From Paludibacteraceae bacterium (GTDB lineage Bacteria > Bacteroidota > Bacteroidia > Bacteroidales > Paludibacteraceae): DNA of 64,000 nt. The notes beneath the pieces were generated by a model. That model had not been told where the DNA came from, searched no databases, and saw nothing but the letters and a program-made list of their open reading frames with translations. Made by a program: the position numbers and the translations under genes. How positions within the stretch are numbered: the first letter of the stretch is position 1; every line of letters starts with the position of its first letter. The DNA lies in assembly GCA_031292565.1 (NCBI GenBank), contig JARLGW010000011.1:273256-337255 (forward strand). The letters run 5' to 3'. Below are positions 36,889 through 45,691 of this stretch, piece by piece.

Positions 36889-38733
36889 CTAATATCTTTT
36901 TCTGCGGGCACCATCGCCACCACTTGAACCTTCTTTGCGTTTATAGTCGCCGCCACCGCCGCCACTATTGCGGTCTTTGCGCCAAGGCTTGTCGCCACCG
37001 CCGCCGTTGCTGCTGCTTTCGCTGCGTCCACGGTAACCGCCACCACCGCCGGAAGAGTTTCCTCTATATCCGCCACCGCCACTGTTGCCGCCACGATATC
37101 CGCCATCACGGCCTCCACCATTGCCACGGCCACCTTTGGCCACATCTACACGGGCTTCGCCGCCTAGGTCGTTAAAGGCAGTCATTACCCTGTCGGCATC
37201 CTCAGCCGATACATCAAAGAAGGTAAATTTAGAAGTTACTTCAATGCCGCTCACGTTGATACTTTTATCGCCCGTGGCATCGTTAAGCATGCCAAGCAAA
37301 CGACTTGGCGAGAAGCTTTCTTTTTCACCTAAATTGATTTTCAGGCGTAATTTAGAAAAACCACCTCTTGTGCCACCCACTTTGAAATCGCCATCTCTGC
37401 GCGAATCTCTTTCGTGGATATTCAAATCCGGTGCATTTTTATAATAATCAAGGAATCGGTTGAATTCCAACGACACAAAGCGTTTGATAATTTCTTCCTT
37501 GTCCATCGATTCCAGTTTCTGCAATAATTCAGGGAACATAGGATCCAATTGTTCATTGTTTACCTCCACGTTTTCCATCCGTTCGATAAGGTAGAACAAT
37601 TGTTTTTTGCACACGTCTATTCCGTTCGGAATTTGTTGTTGCTCAAACTTACGGTTGATAATGCGTTCTATTTCACGAATCTTTCCTCTTTCTTTAGAGT
37701 GAATGATGGAAACGGAAACACCTTTTTTATTTGCTCTACCCGTACGGCCACTTCGGTGCGTGTAGCTTTCGGTATCGTCCGGCAGGTTATAATTGATTAC
37801 ATGGGTTAAGCTGTCCACATCCAGTCCACGGGCAGCCACATCGGTAGCCACCAGCACCTGTATGTTTTTGATACGGAATTTTTGCATCACCGAGTCGCGT
37901 TGCGCTTGCGAAAGGTCGCCATGAAGTGCATCTGCACTATAGCCATCCTTCATCAATTTTTCGGCAATATCTTTGGTCTCCTGACGGGTACGGCAAAATA
38001 CAATACCATAAATATCAGGGTTCATATCAACCACCCTTTTCAGGGTTAAATAGCGGTCGCGAGCCTGTACCAGGTAATAAATATGCTCCACGTTTTCGTT
38101 ACCCGTATTCTTTTTACCAATAGAAATTTCCTCGCGGTCTTTCATGTACTTGCGCGAAATATTGGTTATGCCCGCAGGCATTGTAGCGGAGAACAACATG
38201 GTGCGACGAGTTTCAGGCGTCTTTTCCAAAATAGTAGTAATGTCGTCCAAAAAGCCCATGTTGAGCATTTCGTCCGCTTCATCCAATACCAAGTAGTCAA
38301 TGCCGCTCAAGTCCACCTTGCGGCGTTCTATCAAGTCGATCAATCGGCCTGGAGTAGCTACCAATATTTGAGCAGGGGTATCCAATTGACGCAATTGCGT
38401 AATAATATTTTCGCCACCATACACGGGTACTACTTTTACCCCTTTCATGTATTTGGAGTATCCTTTCAAGTCGTTAGCAATTTGGATACAAAGCTCACGT
38501 GTAGGAGCCAGTACCAATGCTTGCGTTTGGCGCACGTCTTTCAATAAGTTTAATATAGGTAGCCCGAATCCGGCGGTTTTACCTGTACCTGTTTGAGCCA
38601 AGGCAATCAAATCCTTGGTTTCGTTCATCATAAACGGAATGCTCTTTTCCTGTATAGGCATAGCATTCTCATAGCCGAGTTCTTCTACTGCGCGAAGAAT
38701 CTCTTCTTTAAGTCCTAATTCTTTAAATGTCAT
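36889..38733 (-). CDS. deaD: DEAD-box ATP-dependent RNA helicase (DeaD/CsdA-like) with DbpA-type RNA-binding domain and Gly/Arg/Tyr-rich tail
   Basis: The Q-motif region, AQTGTGKTAGF (motif I), DEAD (VLDEADEM), SAT, and the HRSGRTGRA motif VI are all present. The C-terminal tail is GGRGNGGGRDGGYRGGNSGGGGYRG... Confidence 0.9.
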   Translation of the reverse strand: MTFKELGLKEEILRAVEELGYENAMPIQEKSIPFMMNETKDLIALAQTGTGKTAGFGLPILNLLKDVRQTQALVLAPTRELCIQIANDLKGYSKYMKGVKVVPVYGGENIITQLRQLDTPAQILVATPGRLIDLIERRKVDLSGIDYLVLDEADEMLNMGFLDDITTILEKTPETRRTMLFSATMPAGITNISRKYMKDREEISIGKKNTGNENVEHIYYLVQARDRYLTLKRVVDMNPDIYGIVFCRTRQETKDIAEKLMKDGYSADALHGDLSQAQRDSVMQKFRIKNIQVLVATDVAARGLDVDSLTHVINYNLPDDTESYTHRSGRTGRANKKGVSVSIIHSKERGKIREIERIINRKFEQQQIPNGIDVCKKQLFYLIERMENVEVNNEQLDPMFPELLQKLESMDKEEIIKRFVSLEFNRFLDYYKNAPDLNIHERDSRRDGDFKVGGTRGGFSKLRLKINLGEKESFSPSRLLGMLNDATGDKSINVSGIEVTSKFTFFDVSAEDADRVMTAFNDLGGEARVDVAKGGRGNGGGRDGGYRGGNSGGGGYRGNSSGGGGGYRGRSESSSNGGGGDKPWRKDRNSGGGGGDYKRKEGSSGGDGARRKRY

Positions 38734-38903
38734 TGTTGATAAATGTAGTTAATTACACGTTCTCTGAGTATTTTCCCGGTAAAATTCAATCCATTTTCTC
38801 TCAAAGAAAATCGCGTAACCCTTCCAAAAAACAGGGGAGAAACTCGTAATGAGTTGTTTGCAGACTAATACTCGAGGTCTGTGTGCTTGTTTAAAATCGG
38901 CTG

Positions 38904-38911
38904 CAAATATA
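38904..38911 (-). promoter_or_regulatory. Candidate -7 box (TATATTTG on minus strand) for the helicase, implying a ~160-nt 5' UTR
   Basis: CAAATATA on the plus strand. Long leaders are typical of cold-shock DEAD-box helicase genes. Confidence 0.35.
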
Positions 38912-39066
38912 CAGCTTTAATTTGGATTTTGTGCTATGCGTGACGAAATGGTTGGTCGGCAGGTGTAATATTCTGTTGGAATAAAGGATATTAAGGCTCT
39001 ATAAACACTTCCGCCAGACCTTTACGGCTGCCTGAATTTCCTCTATTTACGGCCTGTATAAATTAA

Positions 39067-39107
39067 AGCCAAGGCTTCTGCTTTTTTATAAAACAGGAGC
39101 CTTTGCT
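39067..39107 (-). terminator. Imperfect hairpin terminator after the 102-aa gene
   Basis: AGCAAAGGCTCCTG..loop..CAGAAGCCTTGGCT on the minus strand (about 11 of 13 bp), followed by TTAATTTAT. Confidence 0.45.
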
Positions 39108-39127
39108 TTTCGGTGAACTTGCCATTT

Positions 39128-39436
39128 TTATGCAAACAGCGTATCGCCGCTTTTGTGGTTGAATGCCGGATGCAAATCAAAATGAACGGCACCTACCACG
39201 GCTTTGCCTCCCACTGCTTTTACCACGCGTGCAGTGCCTTCAAAGCCAAAGCCGGCACAAAGCTCAATGGCGGTTATGCCTTCGGCTACTAATTGTTTAG
39301 CCACGAGTTCGGCCTCATCGTAGTTTTTTACCCCCACCACGGTGAGTGCTACCACCGGAGCATCAATTACTACTTTTTGTTTCGTGTAGTCATTTTCAGG
39401 GGCTACATAAATAAATGCTGCTTTTACTGTACTCAT
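39128..39436 (-). CDS. Small conserved hypothetical protein (possibly DUF6506-like)
   Basis: 102 aa, MSTVKAAFIYVAPEND...GITAIELCAGFG.. The domain name is recalled and not verified. Confidence 0.5.
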   Translation of the reverse strand: MSTVKAAFIYVAPENDYTKQKVVIDAPVVALTVVGVKNYDEAELVAKQLVAEGITAIELCAGFGFEGTARVVKAVGGKAVVGAVHFDLHPAFNHKSGDTLFA

Positions 39437-39460
39437 TTTGATTAATGTTAATTAATAGTT

Positions 39461-40693
39461 TTATTTTGATATACCTTCTTGCTTTATTATTTCTTCTATT
39501 AGAGATTTTAATCTGCTATATGCATTCTGGAAAGAGGTGTATTTCCAGCCATACCACCATTCAGTTTCCTTAAAACCTTCAAGGTAGGGTTTTAATATTA
39601 TTTTTAATTCTTCATTTAACTTAAGAGATGAGTTATGTCTGCCAATACCGTAATAAATGTTAGTATCTTTTTCAATTAAAAAGGCACATGTAAATCCTTT
39701 GATATTAATTAATACCCCTACTTTCTCATATCGTTCAGCTTTACTATAATCTACTATCGGTAAATTAGGAAAATCCTGTTTTAAATTCTTTAACCATTTC
39801 TCCCAACATTCTTTTTCTACTGATTTTGTCAATAAATTTAATTGATTTTTAACCTGTTCTATTTCAGAAAATTTCTCTTTTAATTTTGAAAAATTATCTT
39901 CCGGGATTGTGGAGAATCCAAGTACTGTTCTAATATGGTCTTGCAATTCGGTGTTCATTTTATGCTGTATTTTTCTTAAGTTAAACATTCCTTCTAAATA
40001 ATCAATATACTGTTCCAGTGTAGATTTTAAGTACACATCTTTTATTTTACAGTTCGGTAAAACGTTGTTTTTAAGCCAAGGTAAAATATCGTTTCTAAAT
40101 GTTAGAGGGAAATATCTTTCCTTAAAACGTTCTTTGTAATCCGCACCTTGTGATTGCCAGCTTTGGTCGGTAAGGGTTTTGTCTTCATTTCTTGTTAAGT
40201 AAATAACATAAATTTGACTTTCTTTGTAGCCTTTTGGCTTTACCTTTTCGATGTATCTGGCAATTTGATGTTCTTGATCTACAGCATAATGAATTTTATT
40301 CTCAATGATTAAAACATATTCTTTATCTGAAATTAATAAATCAATTCGGTCTTTCTCAGAAGTAATTATAGGTTTATTGGGCCTATAATTAAAGTTCGGG
40401 TTAATTTCTTCGAGATATTCTAAAAAACTTTCTAATATCTCGAATTTATTTCCATTTTTTTGTTTTAATAATTCAGCAAAGATTCGGCTATGAGCATTCT
40501 CGTTTGCCCATAGCAGGTCTAAGATGTTTATGTGATAGGGTAGTTTGGCTTTTTCTATATTATACACCTTCATAAAAGAGTTTGAAAACTCATTTAGTTT
40601 GTTGAAGTTTCTTATGTCTTGTGTGTAACTAAATTTATTTATTTCGTCACAGAAAGCTAGACCATTGGTGAAAAGTTGAATTTCTTCATTCAT
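39461..40693 (-). CDS. PD-(D/E)XK nuclease family protein (PDDEXK_4-like)
   Basis: ..ILDLLWANENAHSRIFAELLK.. is followed by ..DRIDLLISDKEYVLIIENKIHYAVDQEHQIARY.. (D..E.K core). Sample 60-nt lines count about 25-30% G+C by hand, against about 60% in a sample line of the adjacent nitroreductase. Confidence 0.7.
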   Translation of the reverse strand: MNEEIQLFTNGLAFCDEINKFSYTQDIRNFNKLNEFSNSFMKVYNIEKAKLPYHINILDLLWANENAHSRIFAELLKQKNGNKFEILESFLEYLEEINPNFNYRPNKPIITSEKDRIDLLISDKEYVLIIENKIHYAVDQEHQIARYIEKVKPKGYKESQIYVIYLTRNEDKTLTDQSWQSQGADYKERFKERYFPLTFRNDILPWLKNNVLPNCKIKDVYLKSTLEQYIDYLEGMFNLRKIQHKMNTELQDHIRTVLGFSTIPEDNFSKLKEKFSEIEQVKNQLNLLTKSVEKECWEKWLKNLKQDFPNLPIVDYSKAERYEKVGVLINIKGFTCAFLIEKDTNIYYGIGRHNSSLKLNEELKIILKPYLEGFKETEWWYGWKYTSFQNAYSRLKSLIEEIIKQEGISK

Positions 40694-40704
40694 AATAATC
40701 CGTT

Positions 40705-41277
40705 CTATTTTTTAATAATCACCTCATCCAACCCTCGTTTCGGTACATGGTGCACACTGTTTGCATCACGCCAGTAGGTGGTTTCGTTATCTTTCACCTC
40801 TTCAATTACCACTGTTTCGGCGGGTTTGCCTAGGGCTATCACGTAGAGAATCTCAAAGCGAGGGTCGATGGCAAAGACGGTTCGTAGCTTGTCGCGGTTC
40901 ACGGCACCTAGGATGCAGCCGCCCAAGCCTTTTTCGGTAGCTCCGAGTAGGATGTTTTGCATAGCCAGCCCGTCGTCGCACCAAATTTTGTCGCTAATTT
41001 CGGAGTCTTTCAGGATGATGATGTAGGCCGTAGGTCGCTCATGTTCGGCAGGGCCGTCCCAATCTTTCAGCGCACCCGCCCATGCCAGTAGGGGAAACAC
41101 TAAATCGCGCTCGTCTTTTTTATTCACCAACCTATATTTCAATGGTTGCAAGTTGCGGGCGGAGGAGGCTAGGCGGCCGAGGTTCACCAGTTCGCGTAAA
41201 GTTTGTTCGCTCACCTCTGTATTGGCATCGAAGCGACGGTAGGAGCGGGTAGAGGTAATAAGATCGAGCAAATTCAT
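40705..41277 (-). CDS. Nitroreductase family protein
   Basis: 190 aa. The N-terminus ..TRSYRRFD... and ..SSARNLQPL.. are typical of the NfnB/NfsB-like fold. Confidence 0.8.
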   Translation of the reverse strand: MNLLDLITSTRSYRRFDANTEVSEQTLRELVNLGRLASSARNLQPLKYRLVNKKDERDLVFPLLAWAGALKDWDGPAEHERPTAYIIILKDSEISDKIWCDDGLAMQNILLGATEKGLGGCILGAVNRDKLRTVFAIDPRFEILYVIALGKPAETVVIEEVKDNETTYWRDANSVHHVPKRGLDEVIIKK

Positions 41278-41293
41278 GGTCGTGATGTTATGC

Positions 41294-41443
41294 GTTTAGT
41301 CCGTTAGGACTTTAATTTCAATAGAAAATTGAATCAATAGAACCTATTCCCCGTGGGGGATTAAGGTATTCTCTATCCCCGCCGGGGAATGGTTTGATTT
41401 TATATTTTATTTCTATTGAAATATATTGCCTACGGCAAAGCAA
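41294..41443. repeat. MITE/REP-like element, copy A (family shared with 57757..58030)
   Basis: The end is GTTTAGTCCGTTAGG. The inverted pair TTCAATAGAAA (41317) / TTTCTATTGAA (41410) flanks two mini-hairpins, TTCCCCGTGGGGGA and ATCCCCGCCGGGGAAT. Confidence 0.6.
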
Positions 41444-41485
41444 ATATACAATCTATCTATTGTCTAGAAGTTTTAAATCAAGACC

Positions 41486-41524
41486 CCTAAATCCCCTCCC
41501 GATAGCTATCGGGAAGGGGGCGGG
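41486..41524. repeat. Palindromic CCCC..GGGG element with CCCGATAGCTATCGGG core
   Basis: CCCTAAATCCCCT-CCCGATAGCTATCGGG-AAGGGGGCGGGG. The 16-bp palindrome is identical to the one at 14774..14789. Confidence 0.65.
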
Positions 41525-41531
41525 GCTAACA

Positions 41532-42062
41532 TTATAATTTCTTCGCAAAATCCAACAAATCCACATACACTTCTTCGGCGAGGGCAGCCACATCGTCGGT
41601 CAACGGTTCTCCGTTGGTAAGGAATACGTTTTTTACCCCTAGGTTTTTCCCGAAAAGCATGTCCGATTTTGAATCGCCTACCATCGTGGCATTTTTAAAA
41701 TCTATGTCTGGGTAATCCGCTTTGGCTTGAAGCCCCATGCCGGGGTTGGGTTTGCGGTTGTTGCTACCGTCTTTTTCCAGCGCGGGGCAGCAGTATATTT
41801 TGTCAATGCGTCCGCCTGTGGCGGTTACTTCTTTTATCAGGTATTGGTGGGTGGTGGCTAAATCGTCTTCGGTGAAGATGCCTTTGCCTATGCCTTGTTG
41901 GTTGGTTACAATAAAGATGTAATCAAATCGTGGGGCTAGGAGGGCAAGGGCTTCGAGCACGCCGGGCAGAAATTCAAACTCGCTTGCATGGCACACGTAA
42001 CCGCCTACTATGCGTCGGTTTATAACGCCGTCTCTATCCAGAAAAAGTGTTTTCGCGCTCAT
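41532..42062 (-). CDS. gmhB: D-glycero-D-manno-heptose 1,7-bisphosphate phosphatase (HAD-IIIA)
   Basis: LFLDRDGVIN, VTNQQGIGKG, ..RKPNPGM and VGDSKSD motifs are present. Confidence 0.85.
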   Translation of the reverse strand: MSAKTLFLDRDGVINRRIVGGYVCHASEFEFLPGVLEALALLAPRFDYIFIVTNQQGIGKGIFTEDDLATTHQYLIKEVTATGGRIDKIYCCPALEKDGSNNRKPNPGMGLQAKADYPDIDFKNATMVGDSKSDMLFGKNLGVKNVFLTNGEPLTDDVAALAEEVYVDLLDFAKKL

Positions 42063-42065
42063 GGG

Positions 42066-42779
42066 TTAAAACGTTAGTTGTGGAAATTCCTGTTGTGCCC
42101 GGTTGTAATCGTCCGGCACCCCTATATCAATGAAATAAGCTTTGCACTCTAGCGCGTAGAAGTCCATCGTGGTGTATAGTTTTTCCATTATATCTTTTTC
42201 AAAGGAGAATTGTGCGGGCATATTCAGGTTAGCGAACAATGCTTTGTTCACAACGTAAATGCCGCCGTTAATTAGGCCTTTGCCGTGTGCTTGATTCTTT
42301 TCGGCGAAGGCTGTAATTTTTCCGTCTTCGTTTACCACCACGGAGCCGTAGCGAGCCACGTCGGCTTCTTCCCTGAGGGAGATGGATAAAAGGGCTTTGT
42401 GCTGAAAATGAAATTCTTCTAACGAATTGAAATCTATATCAAATAAGGTGTCGCCGTTTAGCACGAACACGTTGTCGGTTTCCACCTTTTGCATGGCTAG
42501 CAGTATAGCTCCACCCGTGCCTAGCGGGGTGCTTTCTTCTGAATAGGAGATGCGCAACGACCCGAAGGCATTGCCGAAATGGCTTTCTATTTTTTCGTGC
42601 AAATAGCCCGTGGAGAGGATTACATGCTCAAACCCGGCTGTGGCAAGCTTTTGCAACAGGTAGGCTAAAAACGGTGTACCGTTGATGGGAGCCATAGGCT
42701 TGGGCACATCGCTTACAATATGTTTCAGGCGGGTACCAAATCCGCCGGCTAATATAATGGCTTCTTTTGCTTGGTTCAT
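42066..42779 (-). CDS. hddC: D-glycero-alpha-D-manno-heptose 1-phosphate guanylyltransferase (sugar nucleotidyltransferase)
   Basis: The start is at M13 (MNQAKEAIILAGGFGTRL..VPKPM). Its ATG overlaps the gmhA stop (ATGA). The specific call rests on context with hddA/gmhA/gmhB. Confidence 0.75.
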   Translation of the reverse strand: MNQAKEAIILAGGFGTRLKHIVSDVPKPMAPINGTPFLAYLLQKLATAGFEHVILSTGYLHEKIESHFGNAFGSLRISYSEESTPLGTGGAILLAMQKVETDNVFVLNGDTLFDIDFNSLEEFHFQHKALLSISLREEADVARYGSVVVNEDGKITAFAEKNQAHGKGLINGGIYVVNKALFANLNMPAQFSFEKDIMEKLYTTMDFYALECKAYFIDIGVPDDYNRAQQEFPQLTF

Positions 42780-43354
42780 TTTGCGCCGAATAATCTTGTT
42801 TCCACCAATTCGCACAGAATATGCCCGATGGTGATGTGCGATTCCTGAATACGAGCGGTGTCTTTTGATGGCACGTTAATCAAGATGTCGGCACTGTTTT
42901 TCATGTCGCCGCCGGTGAGTCCGGTTAGGGCGATAGATTTCACACCTTTTGTTTTAGCTACTTCAAAGGCTTTGATAATGTTTACCGAATTTCCTGAGGT
43001 AGATAGGCCTACCACCACGTCGCCTTCGGAAGCCGAACCCTTAATCATGCGGGAGTAAACTACGTCGTAGCCGTAATCGTTGGCCACGGCGGTGATGTAG
43101 GATGTGTTGCAGTGCATGGCTTCGGCAGGGAGTGGGTCGCGATCGAAATAAAATCTCCCCGACAGTTCGGCAGCCAGGTGTTGGGCATCGGCGGCACTGC
43201 CCCCGTTGCCGCAAAACAGTACTTTGTGCCCGTTTTTCAAGGCTTGGTAAAGGGTGTCGGCTGCTTTTTCAATGGTTGCTATCAGGGCATCGTCGTGTAA
43301 AATCTGTTGTTTTACATCAATGCTTTCTTGTATGGCTTGTTTTATTCTTGTCAT
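42776..43354 (-). CDS. gmhA: D-sedoheptulose 7-phosphate isomerase (SIS domain)
   Basis: ..VLFCGNGGSAADAQHLAAELSGRF.. and ..GLSTSGNS.. motifs are present. Confidence 0.9.
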   Translation of the reverse strand: MTRIKQAIQESIDVKQQILHDDALIATIEKAADTLYQALKNGHKVLFCGNGGSAADAQHLAAELSGRFYFDRDPLPAEAMHCNTSYITAVANDYGYDVVYSRMIKGSASEGDVVVGLSTSGNSVNIIKAFEVAKTKGVKSIALTGLTGGDMKNSADILINVPSKDTARIQESHITIGHILCELVETRLFGAK

Positions 43355-43366
43355 AAGTTCGTTTTG

Positions 43367-44389
43367 TTACATTGTCCAAGTTCTGAGTCCTTCGGTAGTA
43401 AATTCGTACCACTTCACTTCTCCGCCGCAGTTGGTAAGTGCCTGGGCTACTTTGTAGCGTGACACTCCTGGGCAGTAGAAGAACATAAATCCGCCACCGC
43501 CTGCGCCCGATACTTTGCCCCCGGTAGCCCCGGCTTCTTTCGCGGTATTGTAAATATTGTCGAGTGCGGGGTTGGTTATTTCTTTGGCCATTTGCTTTTT
43601 GTATCGCCAACCGAAATCAAGAATTTCGCCCATTGCATCCACGTTTCCTTTTAGGATGGCTTCTTTCATCATCACCGATTGCTCTTTTAGCTTGTGCATG
43701 GCTTCGATGGAGGTTTCGTTTTTCTTAATTACATTGTTGGTTTGCGCCTCGATGATTTTGGATGAGAAACGGCTTGTTTTGGTGTAGTAAAGCAATAGGT
43801 TGTGCGATAGTTCGTCTAAGAAGTTTTGCTTGATTCTCAACGGGTTTACTATTACTTTGTCGTCTTTGGAGAATTCCATGAAATTGAACCCGCCAAAGGT
43901 TGCCGCGTATTGATCCTGCTTTCCGCCAGACATGGCGAGGTCGCAACGTTCGATGCAATAGGCCAGGTGGGCTACGTCGTATTCGCCTAACGGCAGTTTA
44001 AGCCATTCTACAAAGGCTCCCAAGATAGCTACCACCAAGGTGGATGAGGTGCCCAAACCTGAACCGGCTGGGGCGTCTACATAGGTTGACATTTTGAAAG
44101 ACAGGGGTTTTCCGCTGTAATCTTTCACTATGCGGTTGTACACGCCTTTGTGCAGTACGAAATGCCCATCGGTAGGCAGTTCGGAAGCCAGGTCGTATTC
44201 TTCTTTTATGTTTAGGCTGGGAGCTTCAAATGTTATCTTGCCATCGTCGGTTGGTTCGATGGTAGCATAGGCGTACATATTTATAGTAGCGTTGAGGATG
44301 GCTCCCCCGTAAAGATCAGAGTAGGGGGATACGTCGGTTCCGCCTCCGGCTAATCCAAGTCGTAATGGAGCTTTGCTTCGAATAATCAT
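43367..44389 (-). CDS. hddA: D-glycero-alpha-D-manno-heptose 7-phosphate kinase (GHMP kinase)
   Basis: MIIRSKAPLRLGLAGGGTDVSPY.., the GHMP motif PAGSGLGTSS and a C-terminal GAGGGGF motif are present. Confidence 0.8.
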   Translation of the reverse strand: MIIRSKAPLRLGLAGGGTDVSPYSDLYGGAILNATINMYAYATIEPTDDGKITFEAPSLNIKEEYDLASELPTDGHFVLHKGVYNRIVKDYSGKPLSFKMSTYVDAPAGSGLGTSSTLVVAILGAFVEWLKLPLGEYDVAHLAYCIERCDLAMSGGKQDQYAATFGGFNFMEFSKDDKVIVNPLRIKQNFLDELSHNLLLYYTKTSRFSSKIIEAQTNNVIKKNETSIEAMHKLKEQSVMMKEAILKGNVDAMGEILDFGWRYKKQMAKEITNPALDNIYNTAKEAGATGGKVSGAGGGGFMFFYCPGVSRYKVAQALTNCGGEVKWYEFTTEGLRTWTM

Positions 44390-45519
44390 TATTTTGGGTT
44401 TATTAATGAATTAATAGTTTCAGTCATACGTTTCCAGGAATATTTTTGTTTTTCCTGAATGATATTTTGAGTAAAATCTTCCTGGCGTTGGTGTTCAAAG
44501 AAATCAACTAACGCGTTGGCAATATCTTTTTCGTCGGGGTTTACCGTGTAGCCCACCTTTCCATCGGGTACAATTTCGGCCAAGCCACCCACGTTGGTTA
44601 CTAGCATGGGCTTCTCGAAGTGGTAGGCTATTTGGGTCACGCCGCTTTGGGTAGCTGATTTGTAGGGTTGCACGATGATGTCGGCTGCGCAAAAGTAGTT
44701 TTTCACCTCGTCGTTGGGGATGAAATCGTTTGCCCAAATTATTTTTCCTTGCAAGCCAAGTTCTTTTTCCAACGCGAAATATTGTTCTTGATTGTTATAG
44801 AACTCTCCTCCGATAATTAGTTTTACGTTTAAGCCGTCGAACCGTTTATCGGCATAGGCTTTTAATAATAGATCGAGCCCTTTGTAATCGCGAATGAAAC
44901 CAAAAAAGAGCATGTAATGTATATCCGTTGAAAGACCTAGGTTAGCCAGTGCTTTTTCGCGGGTTAATTTTTCGCCGAAATTATCATATAAAGGGTGTGG
45001 GCAAAATGCTTTGGGCTTTTTCTTGTCGAAAAGATTCACGTCGTTCAGTACGGATTTGGACATGGCCACGAAGGCGTCTGCTGACGACACGAAGTATTTG
45101 GCAAACAGGTTGTCGCCTACGCGTTTCTCGTGTGGAATGATGTTGTCTAGTATGGATACCACTTTCGTGTGTTTATTCCGGCGGATTATGTGTGCAATAG
45201 TTCCGAAACAGGGCGACATAAACGGAAGCCAAAATTTAATGAGCACTAAATCGGGGCGTTTCTTTTTGATTTCCAAGCCCACTTTTAGCCAGTTGAACGG
45301 GTTGATAGAGCTTATTTTCCGATGGATGGTTAAGTCTGCCGGAGCGGGTTCGGTGGAATATTGCGTTTTGCCTGGGAATAAAAAGGAAGGATATTGAAGG
45401 GTGAAGGTGTATATCTCCACTTCATGTCCTTGATTTTGATATTCGAGGGCAATGCGTTCGTTGTAAGCGGATAGGCCTCCACGGTAAGGGTAGGCGGTTC
45501 CTATAATTATTATTTTCAT
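44389..45519 (-). CDS. Glycosyltransferase family 4
   Basis: 376 aa with a GT-B pattern (..SATQSGVTQIAYHFEKPMLVTNVGGLAE..). Its stop overlaps the hddA start by 1 nt. Confidence 0.8.
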   Translation of the reverse strand: MKIIIIGTAYPYRGGLSAYNERIALEYQNQGHEVEIYTFTLQYPSFLFPGKTQYSTEPAPADLTIHRKISSINPFNWLKVGLEIKKKRPDLVLIKFWLPFMSPCFGTIAHIIRRNKHTKVVSILDNIIPHEKRVGDNLFAKYFVSSADAFVAMSKSVLNDVNLFDKKKPKAFCPHPLYDNFGEKLTREKALANLGLSTDIHYMLFFGFIRDYKGLDLLLKAYADKRFDGLNVKLIIGGEFYNNQEQYFALEKELGLQGKIIWANDFIPNDEVKNYFCAADIIVQPYKSATQSGVTQIAYHFEKPMLVTNVGGLAEIVPDGKVGYTVNPDEKDIANALVDFFEHQRQEDFTQNIIQEKQKYSWKRMTETINSLINPK

Positions 45520-45573
45520 ATTAAATTAATACACAGGTGAGGTGTGAAACAAGAATCACACCAAAAATTAGTG

Positions 45574-45581
45574 CAAAAATA
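45574..45581 (-). promoter_or_regulatory. Candidate -7 box (TATTTTTG on minus strand) for the GT4-heptose operon
   Basis: CAAAAATA on the plus strand. It is about 55 nt upstream of the ATG at 45519. Confidence 0.35.
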
Positions 45582-45652
45582 CGATTATATTTTATCCTAA
45601 GCAATTGCAATGGATAGGTATCTTACTAAGAATTAAATATTGTTGATACAAC

Positions 45653-45684
45653 AGAGGCAAGGATTTGTAACCATCCTTGCCTCT
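45653..45684. terminator. Hairpin downstream of the aminotransferase gene
   Basis: AGAGGCAAGGAT-TTGTAACC-ATCCTTGCCTCT forms a perfect 12-bp stem 8 nt after the stop at 45692. The T-run lies on the plus-strand side, so orientation is ambiguous. Confidence 0.55.
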
Positions 45685-45691
45685 TTTCCTT

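Noticed and set aside
36870-37444. ORFs 36870..37145 (-), 36924..37175 (+) and 37085..37444 (+) with Ala/Val-rich or Arg/His/Pro-rich translations.
   Set aside because: They are by-products of the GC-rich GGN/CGN repeat that encodes the helicase RGG tail.
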